Assembly (NCBI GenBank): GCA_002633005.1
Contig: NMRA01000284.1
Coordinates: 64,103-128,102, forward strand
Reading direction: 5' to 3'
Origin: Phoronis australis
Taxonomy: Eukaryota > Animalia > Phoronida
DNA: 64,000 bases
Below the pieces are notes generated by a model. That model was not told the origin of the DNA. It saw only the letters and a program-made list of their open reading frames with translations, and did not search any database. Of the stretch, positions 1 through 12,910 are shown piece after piece. The stretch's first letter is position 1; each line of letters begins with the position of its first letter. Both the position numbers and the translations under genes were made by a program.

Positions 1-3000
1 CACTTTCGTGAGTCCGGTGAGTAAGTCGCCTTCTCTCGCTTGTAAAATTTTAGGTTCTTGGTCGATTTCTCTTTGGTGACATCATTCAAAAGCCCAGGAA
101 AATATGTTTTTTACAATGAGTAAACATTTCCAGAAATGGCAGATAATGTACATGAAAGTACAAAATAATGTAAAAAGGTTAGAAAATGGCACACTTTTAA
201 GCTACTTACCGTCGAAACCGTCCGTGTCGCGATAAGCACGTTATCAAATGTGTACCTTTCCAAAATACCCTCTTGAGAATATACCATGTATATTTCACGA
301 AGAGGTAGCATTTTTTTATTCCATCAATCTTAAAATAGTGTTTCACACTGAATAATGTCCTTATCATATCCTTGAAATACTCTTTACATGTTTTACGTCT
401 CAACTGCGCGAGTTATACACGCTTCGACTACTTCGTCCACCGTCAGTCTTGAATATTCAAAACTAGCTCACGCGGGTTTCCAGTGCAAGTGGACGAGAGA
501 GTAAGCGACGGTTAAACCTGTATCTTTTAAAGGATATCGACCAGATTGTCAAAGAGTTGTAATTATACCATATCCAAGATATTCAGCATTATTACAAACT
601 CATTTTTCTTTTTAAAGCGCATTCAAAAATGCTGGTGGTTTTAGCGTTGCGTGGCCAGTCACGTGTTCGCAAATACCACCACCAGGGTCAGTAAGCATAC
701 TGGTAGTTAACACTCGTAATGAAAACAAGTTTTTAAATTACTGCAATCGGAACCTATAAAAATACCATTAAAATCGCCTGTTAATTTTGTTCTCGGTTAC
801 TCGGCCATCATCGGCTGACCAGCGAAGCTGAGGTATGCGCGATAAAAACTAACCTGAAGAATCGACTGTAAGTTTCGGAATCCAAACAACCCCGTGATAT
901 TCTCGTGCTGGTAAAATCGTATTATGATGAAGCTCTGTTCGCCATTTGCTTGTTATACTTGAACACGCTTGGCAACCCGAAACCGTGAACTCGTGTATTT
1001 TTGCAGATGCATCGTAATTTCCAGGCCTTGCGATTTCAGTTGCATTTACTCAGTTCTACATTACGAAGGATACATTAACACCAGGAGATTTAAAGTTAAA
1101 CCCAACTATGGGAGCTACTCTATGCAGGATTAACTTATCTGCCATGTAGTCCAACCCGGCTTACTGTTGCCATGTCTGGCAAAACAATAGACTCCGATTC
1201 ATTGCTCTCCTTATCATTTCTGTTTATTTTTATGCAATGATCCATCTCCCTTGTTTTCCATGGCGAATGGCCCTCCGTAGAAAGTATATCTCAACTTGGT
1301 GATGACAGAGCTCAGCTACTGGACTTAAACCAAGGTGTACGCAGCAACCTCAGTGTTTCACTGAACTGTTGACAATAATATGCAAAAGGTCTGAGTGGAA
1401 TAAACAGAAAGATTATTGCTTTGTGATCTGCTTATAGACCCAAAAATTAAAAATGGAATTCTACTTACCTTTTAGGTGTCTCACAAATTCAAAAACACAA
1501 CGACCGTTTCCTAATACATGTCGGTCACGCACGAACAACTAATACTCCAACACACAAATCTAGATTGATAGGGGATTCAGGAAATATACGAGTCGGAATA
1601 CGATTGTTATTCAGCGTAACATACTACCGGCCGTAGACAACTACATTTTTAAGCTTCTTGTGAAAAGTGAATGTTATATTTCATTCTGTTTCACAACCTT
1701 GTAAGCTATTATCTGCTTTTTAATCTAAGCAACAGATTGAAAATTGCAACTTACATTTATTTTTACTGTGACGGAGTTGTTAGCGTAATGTCAGGCTAGA
1801 CTCAAGGATTTTTTTTATAAAATACGCTGTTTTGTTCATTGGTGAGGACCACGGTCTTATCAACATTTTAAATAATGTTTCACGCGTTGGAACTAACGCT
1901 AAAGGCAATTTTATACCGAATAAGTCTGAACAGAAATAGCACTCGCTTAATTTGCCTCGCTATAGTTAAGCTGTTGTATTATATTCAATGCAATAGGATT
2001 ATCTTATAGGTTACAAATGTCAGTCGGGGTTTTAATGGAAATTCCTGCAAAAAGGTAGCGCAGCTTTATGTACCATTAGAGACGCCTGCTGTCGGCGCTC
2101 GCCAAGACCACTTACTGTAAGAAACTCGAGTCATATTATAATGTACTTTGACATCCAAGAACGTTTCCCGTACATGATTAGTGTCTGGGACTGATACGTG
2201 GGACTCAACTGTCAACAGTTTTTGCTGATTTTGGGAATGAAAGACCAGGCGCAAGCAGTTCCACCTCTCTGTTGCACAGGGTGTACAAAACCTCAATGAA
2301 AATATGAGAAACTTACAGGGTCAAATATTCCAAAAGTCTTGCACAAAGTTCAATAAACTGATTTTAAAAAGAATATTCTATTTTTACGACTACTGCAATT
2401 ACGGCCGGCAAAAATATACCGAGTCGTTAGTTTTCAACAGGAAGTCACCGTTCACATGCAATTACTAAAAAGTGAGAGGCAGTGCATTCCGGGTCTCACG
2501 ACCCTCGAAATTACAGAAATTAGGTGAAAGGTGAATGTCGACTAGACAATTTTTCAAAAATACGAATTGGCTGAAAGGTGCCTGAATTTCCTGCTTGCGT
2601 GTAGTAGAGGTTTAAGAAAAGCCACGAGAGAGAAACAAATGGATCAATGGGTCAACAACTAGTATTCTTTTAACCAGAACCGACTCAAAAATTCCATTCG
2701 TACCTTCACACGCAGCTCAAAAGCCAACAAGCCCAGCCAACCCAACAATTTTCTATATCAAAATGGCGGAAGTAAATTCAACCGTGGCTCAAACAAACTA
2801 TTGCATGGCACCAGTATTCCATGGCTTGTAGTGGGCATGAGCCAAGTATGAAGAACATAGTCTCGACTTAAAAAAACACTAATAACTGTGATAATTGCGA
2901 TGCATTGATTGCTTCTAACATGAATTTGCCCGCAAACTTTAATTCTATTGAGAAAAAGAAGTTTGTGACAACTCTGAATATGTTGGGAATGGCACAATCG

Positions 3001-3117
3001 CCTACCTTTTGACAATCGAACAATATCTGTCGAAAAACGTTGATTTGAACAGGCCTTACTCTCCCATCCACTTAAAGGTATCGCCCGTGCTTTGGTTTGT
3101 TTAGTCTACTAAATTAA

Positions 3118-3170
3118 CAGTGGCGGATTTAGAGGGGGGGCCAAGGGGGCCATGACCCCCTAAAATTCTA
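3118..3170 (+). mobile_element. Partial left end of the CAGTGGCGGAT MITE family
   Basis: CAGTGGCGGATTTAGAGGGGGGGCCAAGGGGGCCATG...TAAAATTCT matches the left end of the element at 5193; no right end seen. Confidence 0.6.
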
Positions 3171-5192
3171 CCACTTGAACTCACCATAATTGAAAGCATT
3201 TATCCACTACAACATGCTTTTTCGTGCGAGTATGACCAAATAACAATCATACCCAAAGGAAAAAATGAAATAACCTACAAATGCACCGAATGAATACATA
3301 GACTTTAAGTAAATCTTCAATCACCAGGTGGCCAGACCGTCTTGTTCACGAGACGAGTCACGAAGAACTGCCAAACATGTCATGGAAATCGAGCACATAA
3401 CGTGAGTCCGCTCAAAATTAGTTCGACAAAGAGATAATTTATTAGAAAGGGAAGCAGGGAAGTTATCAAAAGCAATGGTATTACAAGTTGATGTCGTGCT
3501 TTTTTCGTTTGAAAATGCCCCCATGTTGTTACATGTGGAGATCACGCTAGTGTTGGCTTACGAAGTAAATGGCAATTGTTTTATGCAAAGGCTCTCTGAT
3601 CTCGAGACGCGCCATCGAATCACGCTGAATGTAAATCTCACCAGCTAAAACACCAGGCCTGCCTTCCATTGACCCAGAAAAACTCACGAGAACGCAAGAT
3701 TTCGCATTGACTTCGCGAGATATGGCTATGCCTTTCAAGCAAGCATTTGACTCACACTAGCTTCACTCGCTAGTTACGTCTACAGAACGCAGCGGATGTT
3801 GATGAACCGACACCCGTTCCAAAATGCATTTGAAAAACGACCATCAACCCCGCGAGTACGTTTGGCGGTCTCCCAAATTGTGAGCATTTCGCATGCCTAT
3901 ATCAATCCAATAGCCCCTTGGCTTAAAGAGCCAGCGAAGCGGTTCGCTCCGCGGTTTTATCCATGATATTGTCTAGCAAGAGCGGTTCAGCTTTGAGGAG
4001 AAAATTTTGACCTGATCTAGAAGAGCAGTAATTCATCTCGGTAGAATAAAGTAATTAAATCTGTCTTACAACCGAGCCTGGTTCATTTGCTCCTTGCTTT
4101 TCCATCGACATCTGGACAATTAATTTAATCCCTTTGAAGTGTTTTTCAAGTTTGTTTGACGTAGAAAAAATGACAGAATGAAGAAAACGGAAATGACAAA
4201 AAAAATTTCACAAGGAAGTTGAAAAATGATTCATCTTGAATCTTTTATCAAGTCCCTTAAGGTGTCCTGGATCTATAGACTTTATTCAACCAACTTTGGA
4301 AAGATATGCTGTTGCAACATCACTCAGTAAATCATCGTAACTTTTTAGCTTTTGGCGATGCATTTTACGATACATGTATGTATTCACAGCATATTACAAG
4401 TTTGCACAAATTTAGGGCAGTGAGAACAATGAAGATTTTCAAATATCACCCAATGTGGCACTTATAACTGTAGATATAAAAAGGTATTGCGTATAGGCCT
4501 TTACTCTTGTAAAATGGGTCTCAAAATGTTCCGAATCTTTTTGTTGGCTAAATCTGCTATAAATTCTAAAGGACAATTTTATCGCCCTTTAGTACGCGCT
4601 CATTCGATATTAATTTCAGTTCCGTACAACGTTATCATGTACATATCGAAGTTAAGCTTGCGCAAACCAAAATTTGGAACAAATTTATCTAGGCTATGCT
4701 GTCAAACTTTGATGATCTGTGGATACTCACTGACGTCTCCTACGCATCTCCCGGTCATTTCATTCAAAACACGTGTTCATGTAAATCATTGAGTTCGTGC
4801 ACTTCAAACTTCTCCTAATACCCTAGCCCAGTCACTGATTGTCCTCTCCTCAGTTGTGCTGTAACTGAAATCATACATCAAGATAAGATGAGTGTCAACG
4901 TAGAAACCTAAAGTCACTCAACCAACCTTGACCTTTAAAAGCCTCAGAAGTGAACAAGGCCCTACGGATATTGTAGTTTTTCGGAATGATGATGATGCAA
5001 TGTCGGGTTTTACTACAAACTGTGTAGGTTGATGAGCCTCAAAACTTGAGGACTGTGACCGCGCTTCCGTCAAGCGTACCTTTTTCTGGGAGTTAGTAGT
5101 TGAAATTTGAAATAGTGTCGTCCATGGTAGAATAATCATGAAATACTGTGGAATTTGTTTAGTATGAAATACAAGTGTAATGGTACAACTAC

Positions 5193-5506
5193 CAGTGGCG
5201 GATTTAGGGGGGGGGGAGCAAGGGGGACATGGCCCTCCCTAAAATTCTCCCAGATACCATTTGGCAGTTTGGGGTGCGAATTGCTGACTACCGTATGCGC
5301 GCTCCCAGGGGGGCTCGGGGGACAATGCACAATGCATAGGCCTTGAACAAACCCGTTTACCGTTTTTTTTTAGTAATAAGGTTCACAAACCGAAAAATTC
5401 GAGACCCCTGCATCTCTACATTTTAGGCTGGGCACGCGCATGTGGCGAAATTCTGGTTATTCCTGTGCCCTGGCCCCCCTAACTCAAAACAATGGATCCG
5501 CCCCTG
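5193..5506 (+). mobile_element. Non-autonomous hAT-like MITE with 5-bp TSD (hAT5-like)
   Basis: TIRs CAGTGGCGGAT...ATCCGCCCCTG; direct repeat ACTAC at 5188-5192 and 5507-5511; homologous copy at 30196-30345. Confidence 0.8.
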
Positions 5507-7289
5507 ACTACCTTACCACTCCACGGTCTTTTTAATCTACATGTACGATTCATAAAATGGTCATATTCACTCGATGAAATATGCGGCTGCGGGTTGCCCG
5601 TGTGATTGATTGCGAAAGTGCATTACTGGTACCAGCAATGTCAAACCATACGAATGCATTCAAAGCGTGACTGCGAGTGCATTGGAAGGTTCCGAAATTG
5701 ACAATGTCAAAGACAAGCTTAAAGCGAATTCTGAATAATTTGTACGTGTTGCCATAGAATGGTATTACCTCGCCTTGTTTAAGAACCTGATTTTAACGCA
5801 TAATCAAAATAAGTCTCGTCATCTAAATACGCGCAATATGTGTCCTAACAAAGAAGTTGCCCATACAGAGCCGTCAAAATTTTTGTTTACGGTTGTTAAT
5901 ACTTTGAGCACGTTGAAGTCGATAAAACGTTTAGATTGTCCGACATGTACACGACCATCAAAAACCTTTCCACACGACAGTCTGATCTACACAATGAGAG
6001 AAGCCCGAGCCCCTTTATAATAATGCTTCCCTAAGAATGAACAGTCTGTTCCAAGTTTAGCAAAACTTCCACTCCAGTCAAATCTATCTTTGTTTTTTCA
6101 ACACATTTTTGGTTGTTAGGGTCTCATGCCTTGGTGATGCGCTGTTTTGCATGAAAATGTTTGCGGTTTTCTTCACCAACTTCGAATTGAATCTATTTCT
6201 TTGCATTCTTCCTCCTATTTCACAGAAAATGCGATAGGCATGAAAATAAACAATTGATAAGAATATTCAATGGTACATATTTCTGTGTGGAAGCCAAAAC
6301 GCTAAAATTTGATGTACTAAAAATAATAAAAATCGTAAAGCAGGAAATATAATTTAACTTGTCAAAACACAAAACTGACATTGTACAACGAAATTAATCC
6401 ATTTTAAAAGATTGGTGCTCACTTTTCAGTAACCCGTATGCAAATGTCAAATTTTTGCTGGAGGTGCATTTGTTTGGCTAATGTAACGGAAAAACTAATT
6501 TAGTGACCCCCACAATTTTTACAAATTGTACTTGGCAAAGACTACAATACAAATATGAAAATTTCCAAATATCAAGGATTAATAAAAATTTATGTCGAAG
6601 TCCCTTGATAATATGATTTTTAGTATAGAAATCAAGCGCTTATACAAACAATGGTGTGTCTCGAATGCGAAAAAGACTCCCCACGTCATATTCATAAGAG
6701 TACATGCGAAGTATTCGTTTTTGAACTTGAAGTGTGGTACGAGTTTTGTTCCGTAATAATGTTTTGCGGCCCGTGGTAAGGGTTCGTTCATTACTTGTGA
6801 ATGAGTGAATACTGAATCGACTCCTAAAAAGCACAAGTCCACAATCGGTCGTTTGCAATCACCTGGGCTATTTCTTATGAGGGTCTGTTTGACAGCGTAT
6901 AAAATTTCTGATTAATGAGGGATCAAATTCTTGTGTGGAACTACCCACGAAATGAAAAAGTAAATGTTAAAAACTGTCCATAATATGTGTCGAATATCAA
7001 AAGGCGAGACAATGAACAATAAACTTTTGCCACGCAGTTGATGTTGTCTCAAATAATCTTGATAGTATAAAAGCGTTTTGAGATTTCTCAAGGGCTGAAA
7101 TGAAAATAGTCGTAATTCTATAACACTGAATTGAAAAATTCACAAAAGTTCATGGTTTACAATTGATACGGACGGCTAGATGACGGCCAAAGTGGTGGAA
7201 TAATTGAACCGATGACGGTGTGCAGGGGGTCGAAAATACGTGACGATCGGGTTAGCACGCATCGACGCTTATTCAATCCAAATATCCCA

Positions 7290-7740
7290 AATATGATCTT
7301 CAACTTTGACAAATCAAGCTTATCAATTCTGTTCTGAACCTGCCCCATGAACCCACATTGCTGTAAATCATTACATCGTCTCTTGGTTGACTGCTTGAGT
7401 TAATTAGATTAAATTAAATCACGTCCATCGAGCACTGCACAATGCAATCCACATTTGTCTACCACATAATTTCTTGTCTGTAAACTTTCATCGCCATCTT
7501 TTGCGTCCCCATTCTTTTTTTCGCTTCACATCATGTCTGTCAAAAAATACCTTCAACTGCAGTTAACAGATTGGAACAGCATACCATTAAACCTTATTCA
7601 ATCCATTTTCAATACTTAAATCGAGAAATGTCACTAAATTTTCAACATGCTACCTTATTACTTTTTATTTGTTCGTTTGAAAATCTATTTTTTGTTGTTG
7701 TTTATATTGTATAAGCTATTTATTTTTATTTTTGTGTATC
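7290..7740 (+). mobile_element. Degenerate 3' end of a CR1/L2-group LINE
   Basis: Broken translation shows typical ORF2 C-terminal motifs (KL..LNL.., LNHVHR, TDWNSIP) followed by an AT-rich tail; boundaries approximate. Confidence 0.5.
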
Positions 7741-8576
7741 ACGTGACTGCAACGTTGAAAAATACGTCTCTAGACTGTCCTATTGTTGTCCTCAGTGTAT
7801 TTAATGAGCTAATTCTTATTTACTTGTGTGTGTTTTACTCTACGTTTGATGATTTAACAAACAAAATCTACATGCCATTTTTGAAAGTCCTACCTCTCTG
7901 TTTCTTAAGATCAGGTATATGGCATCCATTTATATTTGTTTTATTACACCAGCGCCAATGCTTCTTTCATTTTATCTTTTCGTCCCTCATGAAATTGGTA
8001 TGTTCTTACCCGCTTTGATGTACTTTCATCGTCTGCTTGTTTCGGTCCGTTCATGAACAGCGACATCTGTCTTCTGGGCGGCTTGAATAAAACGTGATAT
8101 TCTGAGGATGAAAAGGTGTGTTCCGTGGACCCAAGAACTAAGCGAAAATTAAAACCATGCAAAATCACGCGAGAGAAATGTGAATATTTCGCAAATTTGT
8201 TCGGGAGCTTAATATCAGCTATAAAATGATTGGTGGTGGGGTTGGGAGGTTGAATCACGTGATAAAACTTACTGCTTTTGCTCCGTAAGCTAGTATTTCT
8301 TACTGCAAGTGCAACGCTAGTGTTCTGGGTCTACGGAGCGCAGCTCTGGCCAACATCACATCATTTCAGTAGTTATCGTACGGTGTTTTAGTCATGCAGA
8401 GGACAGAAGTATAAGCGGTCGTGTAATAATACACATGTACGTTGTTTAACTAAGATGCCACTGTCCAGGTTGGCTACTTGAGCCACGAAAGTGAATTTGT
8501 TACGGTTTTTGATGGTGCCATTTTGTTTATTTTCAGCAGAAGAAACCGGATAAAGAGTACTGTAGCGGGCGGCAAA

Positions 8577-11207
8577 ATGTTCCTCTATTGCGTCTTCGTT
8601 TTTCTTATAGCGCTTGGTGAGGCAACTTTATACGATTCCTGCTCCGGCAGTAGTGCCGATTATAAGCCGATTGAAACCATTACGGAACAGTGTTACCAAA
8701 GCGCCAACGGAGCACAATGTAAAAATCAATGTGGGAGAATAACTAAAAAGGGAAGGTTCATGTGGAGTGCTGACTACACGTGCTCATGTGACGACCTGTG
8801 CGTCCATTACCACGATTGTTGTCCGGACTATTACGAGCAGTGCGCAAACGGCACCAAATTCACTGATGAATACCCAAGTACAACGTGCCTGTTGGCTAGC
8901 ACTGGGAAATCCAATGAACATTGGAACACTATAGTAGTAAGCGACTGCCCAACAGATTACAAAGACGAAGAGATAGTAGGTAACTGTCGCAACACCAATG
9001 GGTCGCTTTTCACCCGTGTGCCTGTAAGAGACAACATAACCAACATTCAGTATCGTAATCGCTTCTGTGCCATTTGCAATAATGTTACTCAATACAAATT
9101 CTGGAGGTTCGATTTAAGCTGTGAAGCTAACGCGACGGACAAGGTCAGAGGCACGCTAGAGGAGTTCCTGTCTCGTCTAGACCACCCAAAGTGTAACTTT
9201 ACATTTTACGATCCAGCGCAACAGTACAGATTTTGTGTCCTTGGTTCCATTACGACCTGCAAACGAGGCTGCAAGAACCAGGCATTGATTGAAAAGTGCC
9301 ACAGAAGCCAGACACTGTTCACCTATAGGGGAAGCAAAACAGCTTTCAAGAACGCGTACTGTGCCATTTGTCACGGTAACAACGATATAGCAAACGCTGA
9401 TCTGAAATGTAGCAGTCGTAAGTTTCCGGAGGATGGTCCAGGAATGGTTGCGGGAGATAGTAATTTGTGGAAATTTTCATTTTCTCTTCTGCTTGACGTC
9501 AACTCGGCTGGAGGAGTCAACGTCGGCCTAAAGAGTTCTCTCACGTCTAACAACGACGCTTCGGCCGCCGCATGCGCTCCCGGTAATCTTCGCGACTGTG
9601 TTTTCAAATCCTGTCAAAAAGGATATGAACTTAAGAATGGAGTGTGCGTTCCAGGATACATATTGTCAGATGTACAAGTTGAGATATCTTATATTCCAAT
9701 CGACGCCCGTTTTACGTTTACGGACGTTTATTTCACTAACTATGTCGAGACTATACTTTATGAAGAAGGTTTGAATAGAGTATTCAAAATAAACATGCGT
9801 CCTGACGTTACTAGGTCCAAATTCAATGAATCCATTGGTAACAACCTTGTTGTTTTGGGGGTAACAGTGGTGGCAACATTTTCTCAGAAGCTTTTGGCAA
9901 ATTGCGATGCTAATGAAGAAGGAAGGCGCATCCAGTCTTCAAAGGAACTTTTAAAGGCAAGTCTCAAGGCTCTTTTCATCAGAAAGACAATAGGGTGGGT
10001 GAAATCGGTCGATATTAACACCAATGAGAGACTGTCTTGTAGTCAGAACGGTACCAATTCTTCATGTTACGTCACAGAAGTCTACAACGGTACATTTGAA
10101 ATTCGCAAAGGGGGTTCCGTGTGGCTGAGCGATCGCAACCAAACTTTGGAACCAGGAGAATACAGGTTATTTAACGACACAGTTCTAATATGTGGTGAAA
10201 AAGAGAGGAATAAGGAATTTATTCCACAGGTCATGATTTCAAGTGCTCTCGGTATTGTGACCATTGTGTGTCTGGTCATTTCAGAGGTGTGTCTTCTGGT
10301 CAGATTGGTTCTCCAGTTTTGTGTTCCTTTCTATCGCACGTTTCCAGCTAAACTACAATTTTGTCTCATTGTGACCCTTTTTGTTGGCGGTCTAGTCTTT
10401 TTGCTGCGACCTGTCGTCGCTGAAAGTCATGGGCTTTGCTTCGCTTTTGGCGTCCTAGCTCATGCAGCTTATTTATCCGTTTTCGTGTGGATGAATCTTA
10501 TAGCTATCGACACGTGGAACACGTTCAGTCCCAAAAGTCTTCTGAAAACCAGGTCGACTGGTAAGCGCTTGTTAGCATTTTGTCTGTGCGGGTGGTTGGT
10601 CCCTGCAGTGGTTGTTGCTTTCTCTATTGTCTTAGAATTTCTCGATATCGATGAAGATTTCAAGCCTCAGTACACACGCAATGGAGTCTGCTGGATCACA
10701 CGCAAATACGCTCTCCTTGTAATGTTTGCAGCACCTCTCGCTCTCATTGTTTTAACCAATATTGTGATCTTCATCTTAACTGCTGTCACACTCCACCGGG
10801 CCATGAAATTTTCACATTCCACATCCTCTTCCAAGACGACGGAAAAGGACGAATTTGTCATGTACGTAAAGCTATTTGTACTCCTCGGTGTAACTTGGGT
10901 GTTTGGATTCTTGGCCATGCTGGTTAACCACGAAGCTTTCTGGTACATTTTCATCATCCTGAATGCCAGCCAGGGGGCGTTTGTTGTCATAACAACCGTA
11001 CTTACGAAACGCGTTCGCGCATCCTTCAGACGGCGAGACACACCAGGTAACACCGTTGTAACATCTCGTTCGGTGGTTCAAACCAGTGAAAACTGCTCCA
11101 CTGTATCAAAATTGGCGCAGTCGGCCATTGCGAATAACGGATATGATCATGAAACAAAGACGCCGATGGATGGCACTGTTAAAAGCAAGGAAAATACCCG
11201 AATGTGA
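8577..11207 (+). CDS. Class B (secretin/Methuselah-like) 7TM GPCR with somatomedin-B domain, 876 aa, single coding exon
   Basis: Likely start AAAATG at 8577, after a polypyrimidine-AG acceptor ending at 8536. Signal peptide MFLYCVFVFLIALGEA; SMB motif CKNQC...CSCDDLCVHYHDCCPDYYEQC (8718-8843); two Cys-rich repeats (YRNRFCAICNN, FKNAYCAICHG); Mth-like stalk (NGTFEI..GSVWL..LEPGEY..LIC); class B 7TM motifs (FCLCGWLVP, CWI, KLFVLLGVTWVFG, LNASQGAFV). Confidence 0.9.
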   Translation: MFLYCVFVFLIALGEATLYDSCSGSSADYKPIETITEQCYQSANGAQCKNQCGRITKKGRFMWSADYTCSCDDLCVHYHDCCPDYYEQCANGTKFTDEYPSTTCLLASTGKSNEHWNTIVVSDCPTDYKDEEIVGNCRNTNGSLFTRVPVRDNITNIQYRNRFCAICNNVTQYKFWRFDLSCEANATDKVRGTLEEFLSRLDHPKCNFTFYDPAQQYRFCVLGSITTCKRGCKNQALIEKCHRSQTLFTYRGSKTAFKNAYCAICHGNNDIANADLKCSSRKFPEDGPGMVAGDSNLWKFSFSLLLDVNSAGGVNVGLKSSLTSNNDASAAACAPGNLRDCVFKSCQKGYELKNGVCVPGYILSDVQVEISYIPIDARFTFTDVYFTNYVETILYEEGLNRVFKINMRPDVTRSKFNESIGNNLVVLGVTVVATFSQKLLANCDANEEGRRIQSSKELLKASLKALFIRKTIGWVKSVDINTNERLSCSQNGTNSSCYVTEVYNGTFEIRKGGSVWLSDRNQTLEPGEYRLFNDTVLICGEKERNKEFIPQVMISSALGIVTIVCLVISEVCLLVRLVLQFCVPFYRTFPAKLQFCLIVTLFVGGLVFLLRPVVAESHGLCFAFGVLAHAAYLSVFVWMNLIAIDTWNTFSPKSLLKTRSTGKRLLAFCLCGWLVPAVVVAFSIVLEFLDIDEDFKPQYTRNGVCWITRKYALLVMFAAPLALIVLTNIVIFILTAVTLHRAMKFSHSTSSSKTTEKDEFVMYVKLFVLLGVTWVFGFLAMLVNHEAFWYIFIILNASQGAFVVITTVLTKRVRASFRRRDTPGNTVVTSRSVVQTSENCSTVSKLAQSAIANNGYDHETKTPMDGTVKSKENTRM

Positions 11208-12384
11208 CGTTCGCCTGCGCAATTATTGCTTCGTAAACATACTTCCCCTTTATTGCTAAATGGGGGCATTTGTCTCGGACTTTTAATCTAACTAAATTTC
11301 GGCACCAATTCACACTATACGCACCAGAGGCAACTAGTAGCCTAATACGTAGAGTTTGTATAGACTTTTATGTACGAATGTGGTTTGCTGGCTAACAGGG
11401 ACATAGCAATTGCTCCTAAAACTTACTATGTCATAGGGAAGAATCTTTTTATCTATTTTACCCGTGACCTTGAATGGTTTATTTGTTCTCAAATTTGTTT
11501 AAAAAATCCACCTATAGACCTAAATGGAGTATGCCTACAATACGAGGAATAGGTCAGGGTCAACGGCTATTGTCACATTCAACTAATCTCCTAAAAACGT
11601 TTCACAACTACCTTGTTTTCTCAAGCATGAAAGTTTGTCTACTGCATCAAAAGTTTAGAGTAAAATCTTTGACCGAAACAATATGTGCCCATTTAAGTAA
11701 TGGCTTTCAAAAATGAACTTGAAGTAGCACCAGAGCTCCTTGGAACCAACTTAGCTAATGTTTTTTGAAGTTTTTGTGTTCGAAGCATATCGCAGACAAA
11801 GAGCTACGCACTAAGCCAACTGTCTCGAGTGTCGAAAAGCTAAGCGTGCTTTGCTTGCGCCTAACCGCCATCAAGCTATGCGATTGCCTTATATGCGTGT
11901 ACTTGAGGTTGGTGACTGAGCGCGTATCTTCGTCTGCGCCAAGCTTAAGTATGTTTTGTGACTACAGTACTTGTTTGAGCAAATCGAAGACCTCAGATGT
12001 CGTGTGACGGTAATCGTTGTTTGTGTCGTCATCAGTGTAGGTCTTTGTGTTAACCTTTATATCTACACTATGAAAGGAGATTCGGAATTAGATTAATTGT
12101 ACAGTTCAACATTTTTAAGGGTCAAATGTGGTTACCGCAGTTTTACCGCTACTGACCCTGGCTCCAGTGTTACAAGTATTATTGCACTAAGCCTACTACA
12201 ACTAGAACTGCTAAAACTACCATCAATACAAATTCATCAATGATGTTATTACCGGCTTTATTGATGTCATAAGTAGTATTAAAAGTTCACCTATGCAATG
12301 TGAGTTGTAATGCTTCTATATTCCTAAGACCACCGTTATTACCACTGATACAACGACTTTTATTAGTACGAGTGCTACAACTAG

Positions 12385-12910
12385 GTGACAGTTAATGCGA
12401 CTTCTACCACTACTACAACCACTACCATTGCTATTACTACTTCCACCAACACCACCACCAGCTCTACTACTACTACCATTACAACTATACTATTGTCACC
12501 ACTACTACTACGACTATTGTCACCACTACTACTACGACTATCACTACTAATACAACTACTAGTAGTACTAGTACTACCACTATCACTGCTACTATACTAT
12601 TGTCACCACTACTACTACGACTATTGTCACCACTACTACTACGACTATCACTACTAATACAACTACTAGTAGTACTAGTACAATGGCTACTATACCACTA
12701 TCACCACTAATACTACCACTACCTATATTATTACAACTACCACTATTAATCCAACTACTACCACTACTCATGCCACTACTAGAAGTAGTAGTAGTGGTTG
12801 CTGGGATTGGTGGTGGTGGTGGTGGTGGTGGTGGTGGTGGTGGTACTACTTCCACTTCTGCTACTTCTACTACTACTACTACTATATTACTAGTACTGCT
12901 ACCACTGCAA
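12385..12910. repeat. Low-complexity (ACT/ACC)n microsatellite region with internal duplication and a (GGT)n tract
   Basis: Trinucleotide runs visible directly; (GGT)n at about 12809-12843; explains the spurious poly-Thr/Leu/Gly/Pro ORFs. Confidence 0.9.

Noticed and set aside
8478-8576. N-terminal 33 aa of the 909-aa ORF
   Set aside because: Starts at TTG and spans a splice acceptor (8521-8536); the signal peptide begins at ATG 8577.
12000-12060. Possible hammerhead ribozyme core (CTGATGA on the minus strand)
   Set aside because: No GAAA after stem II and no closing helices found.
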